NCBI GenBank assembly: GCA_036172245.1
Contig: JAYWIR010000019.1
Location: 3,224,001 to 3,288,000 of the forward strand
Direction of reading: 5' to 3'
DNA from: Raillietiella orientalis
Taxonomy: Eukaryota
DNA length: 64,000 nt
Part shown: positions 26,601 through 39,760 of the stretch, in pieces
Numbering within the stretch: the first letter of the stretch is position 1
Layout: each line of letters begins with the position of its first letter
Translations under genes and position numbers: made by a program
Notes under the pieces: model-generated
What the model was told of the DNA's origin: nothing
Seen by the model: the letters and a program-made list of their open reading frames with translations, nothing else
Database searches by the model: none

Positions 26601-27942
26601 GGGAAAAAAAAAAGAATCCAGGATATCGTGCATGGTGGAAAAGACCCGGGAGAGGCGCGCTTCTGGACTCCCGATGGTGGGTTCGCCAGACTCCTTGCGG
26701 TGTTCGCGGGTGTTCCGCTCAGGCACCGCCGAAAAGCGCAACTCCTTCTTTGCATCTTTTCTTTTCTTTCTTTTTTTTTTTTTTTACAACAGGCAGCGGC
26801 ATATTTTACAGCTTTCTCGATCTTCCTGGCGCGGCGGGAATAGCCCCTCCCCTCCCCTCAAAAACAAAAAAAAAAAAAGGAGAGACGCGCATAAATTTGA
26901 ACGTCCGCGACGACGCGCGCGCACATCTCTGGAACTCCACGCACGCGGTCTTCTACTTTGTTGCGTTCCTTCTCCTCCTCTTCCTCCTCCTCCTTTCGGT
27001 TTATTGCCTTAATCTTTAATTTTCATCTTGATCATAAACAGTGGTGCTTGCCCAAGAGATACATCGCGAATGGCCAAAATTTAAATATTTTTCCCGGGAA
27101 AAAAAAAAAAAAGAAGGAAAAGAAGGCAAAGTCTCTTCTTTTTTTCCTCCTCTGCTGCAAGATCGGCATTCCTGATGAGTTCCGTAATCCACCTATAAAG
27201 CTCTGGCAGGAGAGAAAGAAAAAAGGAAAAAAGGGAAAGGAAGAAGAAGAAAAAAACGAGGATACCTCGCGCGCTCATATGAGGCGGAAAGCTACGGAGG
27301 AGTCAACTGAGCCCACGAGCTGTTTAGGGGACGGCTTGGACCCGGAGGTTTGCCGCGGCGCTAGCATCCGCTTCTCTTCGGCCGCCGGAAGAGCGGTCCC
27401 GTCGCTGGGCGACGTGCCGCGCTCGTGGGCGGTGGGGGAGGGGAAAGAAAAGCGTCCTGTGCGCGTGAGGGATTTCCGGCGGCCTGCTCAGCTTCCCGTG
27501 GGTGGGTGGGCGGCGTGGGTGTAGGCGGTGGTTCCCACGAGGGCTGGAGGACACCACTCCCGCTCGCTTCTGGTCCTGAGCGCGCATAAATTTCAGGGCG
27601 TCCGCTGGTAATCCGCTTGGGTCCGCGATCCGGCGCGGGGTGGATCTCCGTGAAGAACTGGCGGGCGTTGGCGTGCCGTGGTGGCGCTCTCTCTCCGAGC
27701 AGCTTCGAGGAAGCCGGGAGGAACGCTCCGAGGAGCACGCGCGTTTTCCCGAGACGAGGAGAACCTGGCCACTAGGGAGAGGCGAAGGCGAGCGTGGTCG
27801 GTCGGTTGCCAGGGAGGAAGGGAGCGTATCCAGGGATGCGGCGAGAGAACCGAGCCGCTGGCCTCGCGCGCGCGGCTCGCGCGAGAGCTCCCCGAATGGG
27901 CTGCCAGGCGTTTCCAGCGCGCTCGTCCGGCGCAGCGCGCGC

Positions 27943-27944
<2 letters not shown>

Positions 27945-27971
<27 letters not shown>
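27945..27971. repeat. (GGC)9 trinucleotide repeat in a CpG-rich island
   Basis: Direct inspection; flanked by (CG)n runs. Confidence 0.95.
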
Positions 27972-27974
<3 letters not shown>

Positions 27975-30216
27975 ATGACGCCGGGCCGAGTTCCGCGGAA
28001 AGGAGGAGGATGCTGCGGCCGTGCACCCGCCTCTCTGTGGATCCCGCGAGAGGCCACTCTTTTCCGCGGTGCAGCGGGGATCCGCGTGCTGATGTCAATC
28101 AGACTCTCGCTGGGATGAAAAATGATCTGCGGCGGGTCTCGGGAGAGACGGCGGAGATGCTGGGAATAGCGAAACCCAACCGTCTCCAAGGTGGGTGCGG
28201 TCGATGAATATGACGACTCTTCGGTCCTGGGGAAGACGACACACACACACACACAAAAGAAGTCGATGTCGAAATGGGCAGTGGGTCTATACCCGCTTCT
28301 CTGACGAGCTGAATTGGGAGGGATGGAGCTGTTTCGGGAAGGACCAGCCGAGAGAAAGCGGAATGCAGGTGCTTGCCATCCAAGTGGGGGTCTCTCCCAC
28401 TTCGACGCCATCTCTTTCTCTTCCTTTTCTCCCATCCTTCTCTTCCACCATCCTTTCTCTTCCCTACTTCCCACTTCCTCCCTCCTTTCCAAACTTCGGC
28501 TCCTTCCGAACCTCTCCTGCTCTCTTCGGAGCTCCCGAAGACTCGCGGACCACGGAGGTCTTTCATCCAAAAGTGGACCAGAGAGGCGCGTCATGGGACT
28601 GCCTACAATGGAGGAAGTGCTGGCCGCCAGTCGTCCGGGGCACGGAGCGTTTCCGAGGGAACAGAACGAGCGAACGAGAGAAGGGGAAAAAAATTCAAGT
28701 TTCTCGAGAGGGTCGCTGGAGCATAGGTCGCCCTCCCGGTCAACCGAGGCAGCGCTATTTTCGTTCCAGCCAATGGCCTTGCGAGAGCGGCTCGTTTCCG
28801 GTTTCCCGACATACTCGTCTCGGAATCCCAACCTATGGGGGATTCCCTCGCAGTGGTCAGCTGTCGCGGAGGCGGTCTTCGCGCGGGAGGAGACCGCCGG
28901 TCGGGTTCTCGGAGTCAAACGTTCCGCCCCGTTTGTTTCCATGGTTCTGTTGCGTTTGTGGGCCCGGAGTCTCCCCTCCGCCCTCTTCCCCTTTCCAAAA
29001 AGTGGGTCAAGCGGACGGCGGCTCCACTCGATGGCTTCGACCGGTGTCTCCCTTCCTCCCTGCGTCTTCCCGGTTCTTCCGTGCCCCGATGGTAGTCCGG
29101 ACGGTCCCTCACGAGCCCTTCGCAAGATGAAGCGAAGGTGCGCTTTTATCTTTCCGGAGGGAAGCTGCAGGGTGGAAGAGGCGGAGGTGGCACCTTCCGT
29201 GACTTCTTTCCGGGAGGGAACAACCAAGGAAGAACGCGTCCGCCTCCCTCGTAGACACTGAGGGGAGAGGAGAAAGCAGCTTCCATCATGGACCGCGGAA
29301 GGAGGGGAGGAGGACAGAGAGATGCGGAAGCGCGGAGTGCGCCGGATACGAGCGGCAGATCGAGCCTGGTTGTTACCGTGGAAACGGAGAGGCGCGGCTA
29401 CCCGGGAAAGGGACTGCACTTCGGGGTGGGTGCCGATTGCTACTGGAAGGACCTTTTAGAGTCCGCCCTTCCCCTTCCTTTCCCTCTCCTCCACTGGTCC
29501 GGGACATCGGCTCCGAATCGCCAGGGCTCTGAGTTCGTGGAGACCTCGCAGCCACCGCCTTCCCGGCTCAGCACAGCCGTCTTTTCGCGCGCCGAAGGAG
29601 CTGCGAAAATCCCGGTCCAGCCGCACAGTTTTTGTGGGCCGCTTCCCCACCCCCACGCTCCTCCCCACTTTCCTCCAACGCAGTCTGCGCGGAGTTTTTT
29701 TTCACGGCGCTGCACAGCTCCCGCGATCTTCTTTCGAGGATGCTGCGAGACGGTGCGGACGGGAGTCCTGCGCACCTCTAGGATTTCCCGCGTCTGCTCA
29801 GAGCCGGCAAAAATAGGAAGCGCCCGTTTTCGACCGGTAGCGAGAGGGGAAAAAAAAAGGGAGGGAGTGAGAGTTCCACCTTTCCTGTTGTCCGCTGAAC
29901 CGGGGCACCGCGCCGAACCCGCAACCCTCGCCGAACACCTCTGGAGGCGAGGGAGGAGACTCGGATAGCATCCCACCGCCCGGCACTTTCCGGACGAGGT
30001 CCCCCATCCACCCCACTCTTCCGTCTCAGGTTCGAACTGGTGTGTCCAGGAACGCTTCTGGTACCGGAAAAGCATCAGCAACGGTCCGAGGAAAACGGGT
30101 GCCGAGGGAGGCGTCCTCCCTCGCCTACGCAAAGCCCCCCTCTTGGAGTCACACATCTGCGCTATCGGGCTCCCGCATCTCCTTCCCCATTCATCCATCC
30201 CTGCTCCTGTACTTAC

Positions 30217-30272
30217 GGGCTGGAGGTACTCTCGGAAGGGCTGTAGTAATTCCCGAGCTCCATCTGCGGAAG
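30217..30272 (-). CDS. grh: grh exon H (short linker exon)
   Basis: tttcctctgttccag| LPQMELGNYYSPSESTSS cc|gtaagt; strong splice sites; phase 0 to 2 bridges exons G and I exactly. Confidence 0.82.
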
Positions 30273-31744
30273 CTGGAACAGAGGAAAGCAAAGCCGTCAT
30301 TCCCTGTCGCCTGGCCGGACATGGGAGGGGCTTTTGCCGCCGGGACCCGCGACCCAAACCCTACTTCCTCCACACAAGGTGCCTCCTCAGCCTCCCGAAT
30401 CCCTTCCATCGTAAAGCCTGCGCCTGCGCGAGTCCCGTGTTTCCTGCCTTCACAGGCGGTCCTACCGCCGCGTCTCTGTAGAGGAAGGTGGACAAGGAGG
30501 GAGGGAATGGCTTCATCGTCCTCTGGCTGCGGGAAAGAGCGACCAGGGGAATGCATTTTTCAATGCAGAAGCATCTCTTCGTTTTCCTCTTCCTCTCTCC
30601 CTCCTCTTCTCCTCCCTTGCTCTTCTTACTCTCTGCTTTCCTTCCTTACGTTTTTTCGCCCCTCTTCCTCCACACACTCCGGCTCTGGCATGACAGTCAG
30701 ACGCGATGACGCGCGCTCCTTCGATCCATGGTGATCCCAGATGCACGTCCGGTCCCGCCGCGGGACTGTGGACTGGTAGGCAGCTGCGCCGACACTCCTT
30801 GCCTCCCGATTTTAGGGGAATCAAGATCGTAGGGGACTCTCAGAAACGATAGAGGCGTGGTCGTGGTCCGTACCTCTTGGTAGATTCGTCGAGTGCGGCT
30901 GATGGGAAGCTTCCGGTAGGGGCGGCAAAGGTCAGCAACCTCCCACGCATCCTCTCCGCTCCGCCTCCGAGGAGCGCCATGCCGCGTCTCCGAGCCAGAA
31001 CTTTCCCGAGGTCCCGAGACGCCCGTTTTGAGACGGGATTGCCCGGACGACCTTCCGCAAGTGGCATCTTTCGTCTGTCCCTTACGAGTTTCTGTCTTTA
31101 CACGCGGATGGACGCTCAGGTTGAGCGTTAAGGGAGCGTGGGGCGCACGGGGGATAAGGAAGGGGAGGAGAGCTTCAGTCAGCTGGCCTCGTTGTTCCAC
31201 TTCTCGTTGTCCGTGGTCTCTCCTCCAAAACATCGCTTCGCTCCCAGCGAGATCCCCTGAGGTGCATGGGAAGGATGCGATTCCTGGCGAGAGAGGGGGA
31301 GGGAAGAAGTGGTCCTGGAAAGGGCTTTCTTCCAGCTTGATCCTTCCTCCTGTCTATCCGACCCGTCTTGAGGCCGACAATCCCCCTCACACACCTAGGG
31401 ACGGTTCTTCTTCTCTGAGGTCGTGCAAGGCACCCAGGAGACGTGGAGGAAGACCACTTACGTGGGCGATGGGGATCCTCGCTGCGGTCGAAAGACGACT
31501 TCCAGAGAGAAGGATGGCCACTACGGGGGATCAAGGGTCGCAAGTCTCCCTTCCTTCCTTCTCACATCCCCCCTCTTCACGCAGCGAGAGCGGCAAGGTA
31601 CGGAAGGAAAAAGAGGAGTGGGATTTGCGTCCTGCGGAGCCGGGAAAGACTGGGGGGATCGCCTGAATGGGAAGCTCATAAGGCGGCGCGAAAGTCGTCA
31701 AGGAGAAGATGCGTCTGGGAAACGATCGAGATCCTCCGCACTCG

Positions 31745-31935
31745 GGAAAAGGAAGGGAAAGATAAGGAGAGGAACGAATAGGAGGGAGAGAAGAGAAGGA
31801 AAGGAGGATGAGGAAGGAAGGAAATGGAGAGTAAGAAAGGAGGAGGAAAAGAAGAGGAAGAGGAAGGAAGAAGAAGAAGGAAGAGGAAGGAAGAAGGAAG
31901 AAGAAGAATGGGAGGAAGAAGGAAAGAGGAGTGAA
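31745..31935 (+). repeat. GA/GAA-rich polypurine tract
   Basis: ~190 nt almost entirely A/G. Confidence 0.9.
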
Positions 31936-33944
31936 GTGGCGAGAGGGTCTGGAGGGAGCTTCCTCCTACCCCCTCTCCACTTAAATCTCCCGGTCGCCTT
32001 GAGACCTGTGGGCGAGCTCCTGCACGGGAACTGTAACCACGGCAACTGTGTTTTTCACAAGGGATCACGAATAGAGGAAGGATGAGAGGTCTCAGGGTGG
32101 CGTCCCTTTCGGAGGACTTTGGCAGGGGAATCCGCGCTAGGATCCACAGAAGTCTGTAGGAGGCATTCGCTTCAGAAATGGCGCGTTCCTCTTCTGGGAT
32201 CCTTCGGTGTGCTTCAAGGAAGAGAAGGAGGAGTCCTTGATTCCTGAGAGCTGAGCGGGAGGGGTAGACGATGTTGGGGAAGATGGAGGAGCAGGAGAGG
32301 AAGCTGGATATCCGCGGCTCTGGTTCCGGGGGGAAGAAAAATGGTTGCAGGGACTGATCCCCGATCGCGCAGTTGGTTCCAAGATGGCGCTCTCACGATT
32401 AACCCAGGGTTTCGCGAGAGGGGAGTCCTTCGGATCAGCACTCAGTCCGGGATCACGGACAGGCGTCCTGTGCTGCTCGATGGGCTCCAGCATCCAATCC
32501 GGCGGCCTTCTCCAGGAGCGCCGGATGTGATTGCTGAACTCCAGGAGCCCCGAGCACGATCCTGAAACCTGGCTGCAGCGGCCTCCCCTGTCCCGTGAAA
32601 GCATCTGACATTTTCCCCAGTCTTGGCTCCTCACTGATGGCTCTGATCGGGCACAGAGAAGCAGGCCACCTGGAGCGATCACGCGCGAGGCTGCGCACCT
32701 GGTTTTTTTGGAAATTGCGGGAGGATCTCCTGGGCTTCGCAACACCGAGTTCCGAGGGCATCTAGCTGCAGCGTCCGCAGCTCTTCGCTCATCTTTCTCT
32801 AGCCGAGTCGGGAGAGATGACCTCTGGGCTCTGTCTCTGGGCCTTCCTCGCGTCGCTGGCCTACACCTCGCGCGAGGAGTGCCCAGAGCGTCGCCGAGCG
32901 ATGGGGGCTGAACCCCTCAACGGTCCCTCGCGCCCGCAGAGCGACTGGCGCTTTCGATGGCAAATTTCGAGATTTTCTGGCATTTCTCTCTCCCACCCTC
33001 TCTGGAGCGCACGGCGTGGGTGAGGAGGAGACGCGAAGTCCCAGATACGCAAACCGCGTTCCGAGCACCCCCGCGCATCTGGAGGAGCTCTCCCGGAGGT
33101 TCGGGAGCTCTTTTCCCTTTTCCCTGTTTCACGACTCCCCGACTCCTTCGCACCCTCCCGTTTATGGCTTTCCACACGCGAGAGGTTGCCACATCGACCG
33201 AGTATCCAATTGCCACTGCATGTTCTCCCGTGTGGCGCGGTCCGACTTCCACCCTGAGCGCCGGAGCACGGAGAGTCCGTCTCGGACAGCTGAAAAGGGG
33301 GAGCAGTCGGTCTCAGGACGGTACACTTTGAAAACGCGCGCCTCCCCTCTCCCCCCCTCTCCATGAGCAGCTCGACAGTAGCGCTGGAACAACGCGCTTC
33401 TCATTCTTTGGCGGGAAGGGCGTCTCTGTGACGCCTTATGTCTGCCATCAGAGCCCCGGTCACTCTCCTCAGAGCCGCCGGGGCCACCGGAGACAATGAG
33501 GACCAAGGGAGGGTCGGGATCGAACCAGACCCTCACATCGATGACGAGGGCGGGAGCGCCCTTCTGGCAGTCTCGCCTGCCTGCTCCTTCCCTCCGAGGA
33601 CTGCGGACGGCGGGGTGCCAGCGGTGGAAGCCCTAGGAGCATCCGCCAGAAACGAGAGCCTCCCTGGATCGTCTCTGGACACAGCTGCCCGCCCATTCGT
33701 GCTGAAGAGAGCTACAAGGGCCTTCCTCTGACTGGCTGACACTCCTCCTCGGTCACCAGAAGTTTCTGGAACCGACCCGGGAGAATTTCTGTCTTCGGAT
33801 ACAAGAGCGCTGTTCTCTCGCTCGTTCGAGAATCCTTACGGGACTGAAGATCCGGCCTTTGCCTCCGAGACTTGAGCTTTAGCTAAGCGCTCTCTGGAGG
33901 GTCCTGCTCCCGGTGGAGTCCTGCACTGCCTCCTTCATCTCGCT

Positions 33945-34118
33945 CCAGCTCTTCCTTCTCTCCTTCGTCCTCCATTTCTCTTTTCCTTCGTTTCTTCCTA
34001 CTCCCTCCTTCTTTTCTCCTCTTCCTCCCTCCCTTTTCTTTCTCCTCTTCCTCCCTCCCTTTTCTTTCTCCTTTTCCATTCCTCTCTCCTCCTCCTCCTC
34101 TTCCTCCTCTTCTTCCTC
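33945..34118 (+). repeat. CT/CCT-rich polypyrimidine tract
   Basis: ~170 nt almost entirely C/T. Confidence 0.9.
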
Positions 34119-35411
34119 AAGTCCCCATGCACATCCGCTTTCGCCGTGGGACTGCAGGTGGGAGAGCATTGAGTCTGCTGCCTCTTTCTCCCCTGGCCAG
34201 GACAGGGGACAGGGGAGAATGCTCTCTCTTAAGGAGAGAGCAAGCTGGCAGAATGGAGGGCCCAGCGTCTCATGAATGAGGGTCGCTCCCCTCCTTTCCA
34301 CTGAACCCTTTCCGTCTCGGACCCCTCTCCCACACTCGTAGTGGAGCGGTTGCCCTTTCAAGAGGGTCGGCGCGGTCTCTGCGCTCTCTTTCACTTGCTC
34401 AGGGTGCCCTTGGTGAGGATCTGCTCCTCGCTGGTCGCGTTGCATCTCAACGCGCCCTCCTGACCGGTGCCTCTCCTTGAGGCACCTCGTGGAGACGTCC
34501 GCTCTGCCGCCAAAACCTCCGGCAGCGGAGACGAGGAAGCCGCCTGCTCGCGACTCGCCAAAGCCCCGCCCAGGTAGCTTCGAACGTTGCCGGAGAGGAG
34601 GGCAGCAAATCGGGAGCCCTCAACCCCCGCGGCTGTCCGTACAGAAGGCCTGACCTTCCCTTTCTCCTCCCAAGGGAGTGGTATGGATAATCTCCACCCT
34701 TCCGGCAGCATCTCTCGTGGTCCAAAACTTGCTTAGAAGATCCCGTCGCGATGGTCCTCCGGGAAGAGAAAGCTCAAGCGGACGATTGATGGTGATGCGT
34801 AGGGCGCTCCTCAAGGACCGGGGGAGTGGGGGAAAACGCCCGTTCCAGGCCCGGAAGGAAGGCCGTCCGAGAGACTGGCTTGACCCGCCCCTTGCGAAGA
34901 AAGACGGCGCTCAGGGCTGCAGGGCGTTCTTGGAGCCGAGGCAGACGCAGGTTGTCCGGAGGCGGTCCTCTCAGCAATCCCTGCAGACCACCAGGAGTAG
35001 CACCTCCTCTCTCAGGGGATCCTGATGGTCCTGAAGACGCTTTCACTTCTCTCCCCTCCCGCCCTCTCCCCATTCCTCCTGATTTTTCGTCAAGGGCTTC
35101 CGTTCGTCCCTTGTGCAGTCTCCTGAAGGGTGGGTCGGCGATTCGGAGGTGCTTTGGAGGCGAAGGAAGAGGAAAGAGGATCTGAGGGCCGCATCCTCTC
35201 TGCTCTCCTTCCTCCTCCCCTCCAGCTCTCAGGCAAAAATCCCCAGTCTTCCCACAGGCGTTGGAACCGCGCCCTTTGGGACCCCCGCAGCCTGAAGGAC
35301 GAGTCGGTCCTTCTCGCCGCGCAGAGGGAGCCTCCGTAGGTCGAGGGAGGTGCTCAGGCCCTTCCTGGACGCCTCCGGGTGGGCGTGGGTAGGCGTGGGA
35401 GGGTGACGTAC

Positions 35412-35591
35412 CTTGTCCAGGTCGGCCGCCGGCGTGAAGAGGACGGACTGCCTGGTGAGATCACCCATCGAGTAGAACTCGGACCGGTCGCACGGGGGGT
35501 GGTACAGATCTTCCATCTTCTTCCTCCCGTTCAGAGAGAGGCGTCGCTTGGCGGCACGGCGCTCCTCGTCTCGAGTCTTCCTCTCGGCGCC
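35412..35591 (-). CDS. grh: grh exon G (recognition helix GAERK and linker)
   Basis: tgtatccag| GAERKTRDEERRAAKRRLSLNGRKKMEDLYHPPCDRSEFYSMGDLTRQSVLFTPAADLDK |gtacgt. Confidence 0.96.
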
Positions 35592-37264
35592 CTGGATACA
35601 AGGCGCTGTTGGTTCAGTAGGTTCTCCTCCTCCTCCACCTTTCCTCTCTCCCAGTCCCTCCCTCGCTGCTGCCGCCATCGCTGGGCGGCAGCCTGCGTTA
35701 CCGGAAGTCCTCCGGCTTCTCCCATCCGCCGGAGCAAACGCACCACGCAGTTCCCTCCCTGAGATCTCCGGGCTGCCGTCGCCCCATCGCTCCATCCCGC
35801 AGCCTCTCTCACCCGCAGGCGCTTCTCGGACCCGCCTTCCCTTGCTCCGCGTTCAGGGGACATTCGCGTCACGGATGAGGGAGGTCTCAACGGGGATGGG
35901 CCACTTCCGTCCCCGTGAGAGCGCCTTCGTATTCTAGAGTCTCCCCTTCTCCGCAAGAGAGGAACGAGCTGGGACATCTGCAACGGACCGATCCGACCGA
36001 CCCGGCCCCTCTGAAAGAGAGGCCACGGAAGGCTCCTTTGGAGGTCGCCACTGCTTTCTGAATTCCTACCAGATCCCTTCTTTTTCCTCTGGGGAAGGTA
36101 AGGACCACCACTCAGGGTGGAACGTCGGAAGAAACTGAGGTCCAAGCTCCCAGGGGCGCAGCAGGGAGGGGGTGGGCTTTCCTAGTGCAAGGGACACCCT
36201 GCTTCCTCGTCCTCGAATACTTCCGGTGCCGTAAGAACCAACTATTCGGAGAATCAGCGGAATAGAAAGAGGAGGAAGGGAGAAGGAAGACGAGAAACAT
36301 CCGCATTGTCAGGAACATGCACAGCCTTGACCGTTTCCCGTAATGAGGAGTTGCCAGCCTCTTCATTAAATGAAATGGGCGAGGAAGAACTCTTCCTAAT
36401 CAGAAAGAGGAAGACAGCGGTCTGCTTCTGACCCGGCAGACTTCCCTGAAGCTTCCAGGGAGATGACACCCGGACCCTCCGTAACGATGGGTTCTTGCGG
36501 GAGAGGACAACGGTGCATCCGCTCCGTAGGCGGCTCCACCAGATGGGGACTGGGGAGGATCAGAGACGCAGGGCAACGCAGGGGTTTCGTCCGAGGAGGC
36601 CATCAATCCTTCCAGCATCTTCCCTTCACCTTCTCCCGCTCCCAATCCTCCCCCTTTCCCTGCTTCCTTCCAGTTCCGGAGAGCTCAGATTAGAACAGAG
36701 GGTTCTTCCGCCTTTTCCAGCCTTCTTCGCCGCGCCTGCCCGCGGCTGCGAGGGCGGGCCCTTCCCCATCCCTCCCTGTCGCGGAATAGAGTCTCTTCCC
36801 GAGAGAGGGAGGCTCAGGTGAGGGGGTTTTGGTCTCCAACCCCCCGCGGTCGCTTCCCGAGGAAGGCGGAGAGCCGCCCTTTCACGCGCTTCCAGGAGGC
36901 AGCAGGTTTGCCGAGGAAGGAGGACGCCCCTCCCTTGCTCGACGTTCCCTCTTTCCCTCTCTTCGCCTCGAGAGGACGCGCCATCTGAGTGCGGACGTGG
37001 CCGCCATTCCTCCGCTGGCCTCTCGTGGCGCCCGCGCAGCAGCTCGAGACGCGGTCTCTCCGCCCGTCCTGCTGGCATCGCTCGTCTCTCCCAGCCGCTT
37101 CCGGCAGGTGGCAAGGGCGCTCCTCCCCCTTTCCCCTCGCTTCTCCGTGCCAGCCAGCAACCTTATAAATAACGTTTCAACGCCTCCGAGCTCGTCGGCC
37201 CGAGGCGCGGTCCAACCTTGCGAGATGCGCCCGCAGCTTCTGCGATTCAAGACGCTGAATCTCG

Positions 37265-37380
37265 GAGAGGAGGGAGGGAATAAGCAGAAGAAGAGAAGGA
37301 AGAAAGGTAAAGGAAGAGGGAGAAGAGGAGAAGGAAGGAAGAGGAAAAGGAGGATGAAAAAGAGAGCGAGGAAGAGGAGA
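37265..37380 (+). repeat. GA-rich polypurine tract
   Basis: ~115 nt almost entirely A/G. Confidence 0.88.
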
Positions 37381-38339
37381 TCCTCACGCCCGAACGAAGG
37401 AGGATCTCCTGCTTCATCTTCCCGATCTCCCTTTCATCCTTCTCCTGTCCCGCCTTTCTCTTCTTCTCTGCGCCCCTAGAGGCCTTGCAGCCTCCGCTGA
37501 GCTGCAATCCTGGAGAGTTTTGGAGCGGTCAGACTCCCAAAGGGAATCCCGGATGCTGCACCGGACCCCCAATGCTTTCCCAGCTTTTAAAAGAATACTT
37601 TTCTTGCTTCTCCTTTTCGCTTCTCCTCTTCCGCAGCTTCCGGAAGTTCCCTCTTCCCCGAAAGCAGAGGTGAGCAATTCGTACCTTCCAGCGCAGCAGC
37701 GCTCCAGGAAGTGCATGAGAGAGAGGACTGGGAGGCAGAAAAGGGGGAATGGAGGCAAAAAAAGGCGGGAAGGGAAGAAGGAAAGACCAAAGGATGGAGA
37801 GTGTGGATCCCCATTTCACCACCCCATTACCCCACGCGCAAGCGGGTGAGCCGGCCCCGCCGCCGATGACTCGGGGGATCGCGCTCTCTTCTAAGGGTTT
37901 TCGCTCCTGAGGATGCGGAGGCAGGCAGCAGAGCCATCTTCGCAGGAGGCCTGCACTCCCGTCGGTTGCCAGGGAGACGCAAGAAGAATCGGAAGGGTGG
38001 CGGCAACCACGGCTGCGTGTTTCCTCTCTGCGCAACCCTTCCTGGTGGCTCGTCCGCGCTTCTAACGCTCCCAACAGGAAAGAGGTCGAGAAAGGGATGA
38101 CAATGCCTGCCGTGATCAGGGTGACCGGAAGAGGAAGCTGCGGCAACGTTCCGTCCGAAAGAAACCACCCCCGCCGCCTCTGCAGCAGCAGCAGAGGCAG
38201 CTGCCGAGCTACGGGGCTGAGGACAGGTTTTGGGCGCGCGCAACCGCCCTGGACGGACGCAGCCGGAGGGTCGCCGGCTGACCGCCGCTGACAAAGGGAA
38301 CGCTAAAGAGAAACAGGCGACTCCCTACCGACGAAAGAA

Positions 38340-38460
38340 GCGCGCGCGCGCGCGCGCCCAGGAAAGGAAAGAAAAAATAAAATAAAATAAAATAAAAAAG
38401 ACGCGCGCGCACACACGCGAAGAGAGGGCGAGAGAGAGAGAGAGAGAAAGAGAGAGGAGC
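38340..38460. repeat. compound microsatellite (CG)n/(AAAAT)n/(AC)n/(GA)n
   Basis: Direct inspection. Confidence 0.9.
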
Positions 38461-38609
38461 CAAAGAAAGGAGCGGGTCCCGGAAAGAAAGGAAGAGAAAG
38501 AATTATCAGATTTCTCCGAGCCGATGATTTAACTTTTTTCCCCTCAGAACGGATTCTTGCATCCAACAAAGATCCGGCGGAGTGGGAGCTTTTTTGCCTG
38601 ACCTCTCAC

Positions 38610-38708
38610 CTTATCACAGAAAACTTTTATTTGACAGTATCCACGATGATATACGACCGCGTCTCGCGGGTCTTCGTAAGTGTCAATTTGAATGTGCAGA
38701 GGAAGACC
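38610..38708 (-). CDS. grh: grh exon F (CP2 domain)
   Basis: tgtccgtag| [33 protein letters not shown] |gtgaga. Confidence 0.97.
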
Positions 38709-38762
38709 CTACGGACAAGAGGTGAGTTAGATATATGGCTTCCAAATTCTTGGCGGGAATAC

Positions 38763-38819
38763 CTTGACCCCTTTTTGGCTGCTGAAGTCCGTGCTTAGGC
38801 AGTGAATGGCCACGCTGAC
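38763..38819 (-). CDS. grh: grh exon E (CP2 domain)
   Basis: catatag| VSVAIHCLSTDFSSQKGVK |gtattc; followed by a 54-nt intron. Confidence 0.97.
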
Positions 38820-38999
38820 CTATATGAGACACGAGAGGTTTAGTCGAGGGAAGGGAAGGGTAGTAGGAGGAGGAGGAAGGGAACGAGGAGAGGGTCCCGT
38901 CGGAGAACGGAAGTCGCCTACGCTGCAGCCATGGCGGCCGAACCGGGAAGCGTCCCGCGAAGGCGGCGGGCGGCTGGCCCATCCCTCTCGCTTCCTGCT

Positions 39000-39760
39000 C
39001 CACGTGCAAGTGTGCACGGATGTTGAGAAACTGCCCTGGTGCACACGAGCACTGCGCAGACGTCTTGTACATGCGTGCACGGTACTCTGTCTTCTGCATG
39101 CACATGACGGGTGCGTTCGCCAAGAACGTGCATTGTGCTCACGTGCGCTACGAAGCAGCTCGCGCAATCACGTGTGCAAACATGCACCAGAGGCTGCATG
39201 CCTCACAGGGTAAGCGCCACGAAGGTGCGCTTACCGTGGGTCTACGCGAACGTGCACTCACCATGGAGCTGCGTGTTACATACACATGCACCATGCGTCT
39301 CACACGCGTGCACCATGAACGTGCAACGTGTGCACTCCATGAACTATGGAACTGCATGTCACATACGAACATCACGAACGTGCACACATCATAGCACACA
39401 CGTGAACCATGAGTGTCACACACTCACCATGGACTGCGTGGTTCGCACACGTGCGCCACGAACTGCACTCACCATCTGCTGTGTGTCTTACACGCACGCA
39501 CCACGAATGTACATTCGCCATGGAGCTGCGTGTCAAAAACTCACTATCGTCTGCGTGCCTCACACCCGCGCACCACGAGCCACGATGGGTTTGAGTGTTT
39601 CACACACGTGCATTGAGAATGTGCTCATCGTACTTGTGTGCACACGAATCTTATAGCACACACGCGCTCCATGGGTGTGTGTGTGTTTCCCATATCGATG
39701 ACTATGAGGGTACACTGCACCACCAATGTGCATGATGACGTGTGCAATGCCGCGCTATTT
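39000..39760. repeat. degenerate ~46-bp RY-rich minisatellite in grh intron D-E
   Basis: Recurrent units resembling aacgtgcactcaccatggagctgcgtgtctcacacgcgtgcaccatg, e.g. near 39249, 39421, 39461 and 39506. Confidence 0.7.

Noticed and set aside
27593..29419. 608-aa minus ORF and overlapping 311/315-aa plus ORFs as standalone genes
   Set aside because: Low-complexity R/S/P/G-rich translation running through microsatellites, no domain motifs, located in a GC-rich stop-poor grh intron
32100..36200. Endogenous virus or Polinton-like gene cluster
   Set aside because: The only protein-like segment is grh exon G; no capsid, polymerase, integrase or protease motifs seen
39000..39760. CRISPR-like array
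   Set aside because: Eukaryotic intron with degenerate tandem units; no identical repeats with unique spacers and no cas genes
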